This document shows positions 59,129 through 64,000 of a DNA stretch of 64,000 bases, piece after piece. The notes below the pieces were generated by a model. The model had not been told where the DNA came from, did not search any database, and worked only from the letters and a program-made list of their open reading frames with translations. The stretch is from a virus: the IMG/VR virus record IMGVR_UViG_3300044716_000732, positions 1 to 64,000 of that record. One strand, 5' to 3'. The position numbers and the translations under genes are program-made. Every line of letters begins with the position of its first letter. The stretch's first letter is position 1.

Positions 59129-60214
59129 ATGAAAGTTAATCTTCCTATAGAAGAGGGTTATTTTAATATTACTCCAGATGAATTCTGTGGATTATATTGT
59201 TGGTTAATAACTCCGGAGAGAGATGCGAAATGGAATAAAAACAACCTTTTTTATAGATCTTTAATTGTTGATAGAGAAGGAAACGTGTTGTCTTCTGGTT
59301 GGCCTAAGTTTTTTAATTACGAAGAGAAACCAGATTGTTATCCGGATCCTAAAAACTTTAATGATTTGAAATATGAGGAAAAAAAGGATGGTTCTCTTTT
59401 AATTGCTGATTATGTAAATGGTCAATTCTCTATGAGAACCAGAGGAACTGTTTCTTATAGAACTCAAGAAAATGCAAAAGATTTTGAATTACTTCCGGAA
59501 CGATACCCTAAAGTTGTTGAGTTCTTAAAAGAAAATCAACACCTCACTTTATTGTTTGAAATAGTAACTCCGAGTAATGTTATTGTAATAAGACCACAAC
59601 AGTTAGAGTTTTATCTTATTGGAGCAATAAACAAAAATGGAATGGTAGTAGTTTCCTCTGCTGATTTAACCGACATCTGGAGAAAAATCGGGCCGATTCC
59701 AATGCCACAGTCTTACAATTTTCTAGATACTAATGATATTTCTAAAATCGCAGAAACCATTAAACATTGGAAGGGGAAAGAAGGAATTGTTGTTTCTTAC
59801 AATAATGGACAGAGTAGAATAAAATTAAAGTCGGATTGGTATCTTTTTATTCATAAAGTTAAATCCAAACTAAATTCTACTAAGAATCTTATTGAATTTT
59901 ATATAGAAAAAGAAATGCCATCATATGAAGATTTTTATAAAATAATTGAAACGGATTTTGATTATGAGATTGCAATTCAATTAAAACGAGAAATAGAAAA
60001 AATTTGTGAAGCAGGAGAAAAATCAAAAAAATATATTGACTATATCCTAGAAGTGGTGCATGATATAAGAAAGGTAGAAACGAGAAAAGAACAAGCCGAA
60101 ATGATAAAAAGAAATTTCCAAGAAAATTCTTCATTCGTATTTTGCGTTTTAGATGGTAGAATAATAACAAAAGAACAATGGACGAAACTTATAAATCAAA
60201 ATTATGAAAGTTAA
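59129..60214 (+). CDS. RNA ligase, T4 Rnl1-like
   Basis: KFFN, EKKDGSL, LLFE, EGIVV, KLKSDWY. Confidence 0.85.
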   Translation: MKVNLPIEEGYFNITPDEFCGLYCWLITPERDAKWNKNNLFYRSLIVDREGNVLSSGWPKFFNYEEKPDCYPDPKNFNDLKYEEKKDGSLLIADYVNGQFSMRTRGTVSYRTQENAKDFELLPERYPKVVEFLKENQHLTLLFEIVTPSNVIVIRPQQLEFYLIGAINKNGMVVVSSADLTDIWRKIGPIPMPQSYNFLDTNDISKIAETIKHWKGKEGIVVSYNNGQSRIKLKSDWYLFIHKVKSKLNSTKNLIEFYIEKEMPSYEDFYKIIETDFDYEIAIQLKREIEKICEAGEKSKKYIDYILEVVHDIRKVETRKEQAEMIKRNFQENSSFVFCVLDGRIITKEQWTKLINQNYES

Positions 60215-60413
60215 AGAATTAATAGAAATATTGCAAAAAGAAGATCCAGAAACACTAGTGGTTGTTGATGGTTATGAAGGAGATTATACAACTCCAAGAA
60301 ATACACATCAGTTTCATGTAAAAGAACAGGAAGCAGAATGGTATTATGGTGAATATGAACCCTGTTTTAAAGAAGATCCAGACGCAATAAAAGCAATTTT
60401 ACTACCGAGATAA
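60204..60413 (+). CDS. hypothetical protein (MKVKELIE.L...DP...V...GYEG)
   Basis: common small phage family. Confidence 0.7.
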   Translation: MKVKELIEILQKEDPETLVVVDGYEGDYTTPRNTHQFHVKEQEAEWYYGEYEPCFKEDPDAIKAILLPR

Positions 60414-60414
60414 T

Positions 60415-60693
60415 ATGTATTTTAATATAACATTAAGAAACTTTTGCAAACCAAGAAAAGAGTTTAAAAAATATTTTTCATTTTATAAACAACTTTCCAA
60501 ATATAAAAATGTAGAATTCGAAATATTTTATGCAGGAGATAACATTTTTCAATTTCAATTAGATTTTTCTCCAATTACAAGAGATCATGGTGGATTGAGT
60601 ATAAATTTAACTTTTTTGGGGTTTGACGCAGGATTTATAATTTATGATTCTCGACATTGGGATAATGAGAATTGGTGTTGGGAAGAAAAATAA
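60415..60693 (+). CDS. hypothetical protein
   Basis: ORF in operon. Confidence 0.65.
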   Translation: MYFNITLRNFCKPRKEFKKYFSFYKQLSKYKNVEFEIFYAGDNIFQFQLDFSPITRDHGGLSINLTFLGFDAGFIIYDSRHWDNENWCWEEK

Positions 60694-60836
60694 TCATGAA
60701 AATAAAAAAACAAAGAGTAACAGAAAGAAAAATTGGTTCTACTAAAATTCGAAAAACTGTAACTGTTAGTATTTCTAGACCTTCTAGGAAAAAGAAATAA
60801 ATTGACATTTCTACAAAATATATTATTATTAGATAT

Positions 60837-61346
60837 ATGGATCATGAATTAGAACTAAAACTATACAATAAATACCCCAAAATTTTACAAGACTGTGGAA
60901 AAAGTCCCATGGAATCTTGTATGGCTTTTTGGATGGAAACGGATTCGGGCTGGTATAATCTTCTCGACAAATGCATGGAGAAACTTCAATACTTCTGCGA
61001 TCTTTGTTCAAAGAATGGTGAAGAGGTACAAGTTGTTGCTAACCAAATTAAAGAAAAGTACAGCACCCTCCGTTTTTACGTAAGTGTCTATGGTGCAAAT
61101 AGTATTGAAAATAATATCATAGATGACATCATTAATCAAGCGGAAGCAGAGTCCGCTAGAACATGTGAAGTGTCAGGAAAATATGGTGAATCTTGCAAAC
61201 GAGGTGGTTGGTATAAAACTCTCTGTTACGAAGAAGCAAGAAAGCTAGGTTATGTAGCTTGCGATGAATCGACCGAAGCATACTGGAAAGAAAAAGACGC
61301 AAAAGGAGAAAAAAATGACGACCACGAAGAACTTGGAACAACTTGA
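60837..61346 (+). CDS. conserved phage protein (GW..L...QIKEK...LRFY...TCE..G)
   Basis: family motif. Confidence 0.75.
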   Translation: MDHELELKLYNKYPKILQDCGKSPMESCMAFWMETDSGWYNLLDKCMEKLQYFCDLCSKNGEEVQVVANQIKEKYSTLRFYVSVYGANSIENNIIDDIINQAEAESARTCEVSGKYGESCKRGGWYKTLCYEEARKLGYVACDESTEAYWKEKDAKGEKNDDHEELGTT

Positions 61347-61776
61347 AGAGTTTGCGTTTTATGAAAGCGGATTATCTGCCGATGGATGTTTAGAAAAATT
61401 AGATTATTATACAAACGAAGCCATTAAAAGATACGGTAGAATTCTTGTAGAAAAACAAAAAGAAAACTTCATAAACGGATTTCAAGGATGTTGCTATACA
61501 TGCGAACCTGTTGGAATGCTTAATCAAAAGTTGGAAGAACAGCTTAGAGCAATCGAAGAAGATGGAACAGAAGAACATAACAATGCGGTAGAGCTTCGCA
61601 TGAAACTTGCAGAATCTCTTGTTAAAAATGATGAACTTAAAAAAATAGCTAGAAAACTTTACGGTACAGTTCTTCATGTATATGAATTAGCCAAAGTAGA
61701 TCCCTTGGTTGTAATCGGTCCCTCTCTATATAAAGAAGCGGCTGAAGGAGCAAAAGAATATGAAGATTTTGAATGA
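61315..61776 (+). CDS. hypothetical protein
   Basis: ORF in operon. Confidence 0.6.
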   Translation: MTTTKNLEQLEEFAFYESGLSADGCLEKLDYYTNEAIKRYGRILVEKQKENFINGFQGCCYTCEPVGMLNQKLEEQLRAIEEDGTEEHNNAVELRMKLAESLVKNDELKKIARKLYGTVLHVYELAKVDPLVVIGPSLYKEAAEGAKEYEDFE

Positions 61777-61907
61777 AATTCTTGAAAAAATTCTATTCTT
61801 TTCGGTTATTCTTTTATTGATATTATCCGCTTTTGTTTTCAGTTATTATATACAAACACAGAGCAAATTAGACATGCAAGAATTGGAACAGATGGTAGAA
61901 CAAGAAA

Positions 61908-64000
61908 TTACTGCTGGAAAACAATAGTAACTGTCCACCCCAATCCGCCAAGAGTTGTTGGCAACGCTAAACGTTGATAGCTAGATAATGGAGTAGTGCT
62001 AGTTAATGTTTTGTAAATTCTTCCTGTAGTGCTTGCTGTGTTATTCAAAACAGTTGCAGCAGAAGTTGGAGATGTATAAGTGAATGTGTTTATATCTGGT
62101 ACACTTAGTACTATAGAAGTCGCATTAAATCCAGTACCGATATTATTAACGGTAATAACATCATTTTGAAAGAGTCCATGACCCGATACCCTTGCAGTAA
62201 CAGTATAAGAATTTGCAGGACGAGTAAAAGTAGCGGCTGGCCAATTTGTTATACCTACTCTTGCTGATGTTAATTTTACGCAATTTGTTGTAAAATCAGG
62301 AGCAGAATTACCAGTTCCAATGTTTAATACTCTTGTTCCAGAATTTCTTCCAGCAGCTGCAAAGGAAGATAGAATTCCATTCACGGTTGATTGAGATAAA
62401 ATATTCGAACTAGCATTAAAAGTTGCAAAAGAACTTAATACAGGACCAATTGTTCCACCAGATAAACTATTTGTTTGAACTTGAAAGGTTACAAGTGCTG
62501 TGTTATTTCCAAGATACGGTAAGTCTCCTGATAATGCATTTATATGAGCATAAAAAGTTTGAAGATTTGTAGCACCACTTAATGAATTAATTTTGGTTAA
62601 TCTATTTGAGTGAACCTGAAAATTAGTTAAAGATTTGCAATCATCTAATGAAGGAATTTCGCCTGATAGGCTGTTTGAATAAACCTGAAAATCTTTCAAG
62701 GCACTTAATCCATTTAAAGAAGGAATTGTTCCTGATAATGCATTTATAAGAGCATAAAAAGTTTGAAGATTTGTAGCACCACTTAATGAATTAATTTTGG
62801 TTAATCTATTTGAGTGAACCTGAAAATTAGTTAAAGATTTGCAATCATCTAATGAAGGAATTTCACCCGATAAGCTGTTTGTATAAACCTGAAAATCTTT
62901 CAAGGCACTTAATCCATTTAAAGAAGGAATTGTTCCTGATAATGCATTTTTAAGAGCATAAAAAGTTTGAAGATTTGTAGCACCACTTAATGAATTAATT
63001 TTGGTTAATTTATTAGAATACGCCTGAAAAGTAACCAAAGATTTACAATCATCTAATGAAGGAATTTCACCCGATAAACTATTGTCATGTACTTGAAATA
63101 AAGATAATGCACTCAATCCATTTAAAGATGGAATTTCCCCAGATAAACTATTACTAAATGCAGTAAATCTTTGAAGACTTTTAGCTCCGCTTAAAGAATT
63201 AATTTTGGTTAAACCACCTTTATTGGCAGAGTTTAATCCCTCTACTGCAAACTCTCGTAAGTTTGGATTAAAATCCAATGTCGGAATTTCTCCTGTAAAT
63301 GCATTTTGTGAACCAACATATTGAATTAAATTTGGAAAAGCTGATAAACTAGGAATATTTCCAGTAAGTCTTTGTCTACTACCTCCTTGAATATTAATAT
63401 CGGTTAATGCAGTCGAATATGGTGGAAGAATTGGATGTGGACCAGTTAATGCGTTTTGTTGTATGAATAATAGTCTTAAATTAGAACATGCGCTTAGGTT
63501 TACTGCGTTTGTTCCACTAAGACTTGAATTGTTTAAATATAAAACTTCTAGGTTAGTTAAATTAGACAAATCAGGAAATTGTCCTGATAATGAAATGTAT
63601 TTATTATTTGTACTAGCAGCAAAGTTTATAACTCTTATATTTGGTTTATTGTTAAGTGTTTCTAAACCAGTTATAAGAGTATCTCTTGCATTAATAACTT
63701 CAAGACCTGTTAAAGAACCATAATTTGTTAGTCTTATATTGTAATCATATTGCACATCAATATTTTTAATATTGGGAATTAAACTCAAATCACAATCTCC
63801 AACAATTGGATTATAATACAAATTTAAAGTCTCTATTTTATTTCCTACAGAAAACGTTGGAACTGCTGTTAGCCCATTCCAATATAAATCCAAGCTTGTT
63901 AAATTAGGAAATCGTGTCGCATCGAAATTATTTTTATATAGAGAATATCTAGCTTTTAAATCAACCAAAGAATTTAGATTTGATGTCGAATCAATAGCCG
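61908..64000 (-). CDS. leucine-rich repeat protein (probable virion/receptor-binding); start beyond the right edge
   Basis: LxxFxxxxNxLSGxIP repeats; 204-bp tandem super-repeat. Confidence 0.85.
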   Translation of the reverse strand, partial: AIDSTSNLNSLVDLKARYSLYKNNFDATRFPNLTSLDLYWNGLTAVPTFSVGNKIETLNLYYNPIVGDCDLSLIPNIKNIDVQYDYNIRLTNYGSLTGLEVINARDTLITGLETLNNKPNIRVINFAASTNNKYISLSGQFPDLSNLTNLEVLYLNNSSLSGTNAVNLSACSNLRLLFIQQNALTGPHPILPPYSTALTDINIQGGSRQRLTGNIPSLSAFPNLIQYVGSQNAFTGEIPTLDFNPNLREFAVEGLNSANKGGLTKINSLSGAKSLQRFTAFSNSLSGEIPSLNGLSALSLFQVHDNSLSGEIPSLDDCKSLVTFQAYSNKLTKINSLSGATNLQTFYALKNALSGTIPSLNGLSALKDFQVYTNSLSGEIPSLDDCKSLTNFQVHSNRLTKINSLSGATNLQTFYALINALSGTIPSLNGLSALKDFQVYSNSLSGEIPSLDDCKSLTNFQVHSNRLTKINSLSGATNLQTFYAHINALSGDLPYLGNNTALVTFQVQTNSLSGGTIGPVLSSFATFNASSNILSQSTVNGILSSFAAAGRNSGTRVLNIGTGNSAPDFTTNCVKLTSARVGITNWPAATFTRPANSYTVTARVSGHGLFQNDVITVNNIGTGFNATSIVLSVPDINTFTYTSPTSAATVLNNTASTTGRIYKTLTSTTPLSSYQRLALPTTLGGLGWTVTIVFQQ

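Noticed and set aside
62500-63210. DGR template/variable repeats in the LRR gene
   Set aside because: The repeats are tandem and in frame, and no reverse transcriptase is present in the window

Overview
A 64-kb segment of a large, AT-rich, T4-like/jumbo bacteriophage genome, read in the standard genetic code. It has five parts. (1) 1-15.4 kb: late and structural genes, including Pro/Thr-rich proteins, three paralogous tail-like proteins and a 1996-aa VWA-domain virion protein. (2) About 16-35.4 kb: an essentially all-plus-strand, more GC-rich early/host-takeover region with rIIA, rIIB, DUF932-like, gp88-like, LysM and RHH genes and 6 tRNAs. It is built from terminator-motif-promoter-gene cassettes carrying about 36 copies of a TGTCATAC(A/G)AAAC motif at fixed spacings. 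(3) 35.4-53.5 kb: HNH homing endonucleases, a DenV-like glycosylase, an RNA ligase and many proteins with shared capsid-targeting-like N-termini. (4) 53.5-54.9 kb: a non-coding operon with a pseudoknot leader, several closed-stem RNAs, a tmRNA with a 33-codon tag and 2 tRNAs. One of these RNAs closely mimics the L11-binding GTPase centre (H42-H44) of 23S rRNA. (5) 55-64 kb: a candidate unimolecular spanin, HNH, phosphoesterase, an Rnl1-like ligase and a plant-type LRR protein. The most striking items are the rRNA-mimic ncRNA operon and the motif-driven cassette array with its candidate RHH regulator. All family calls come from motif recognition by eye, not database searches.
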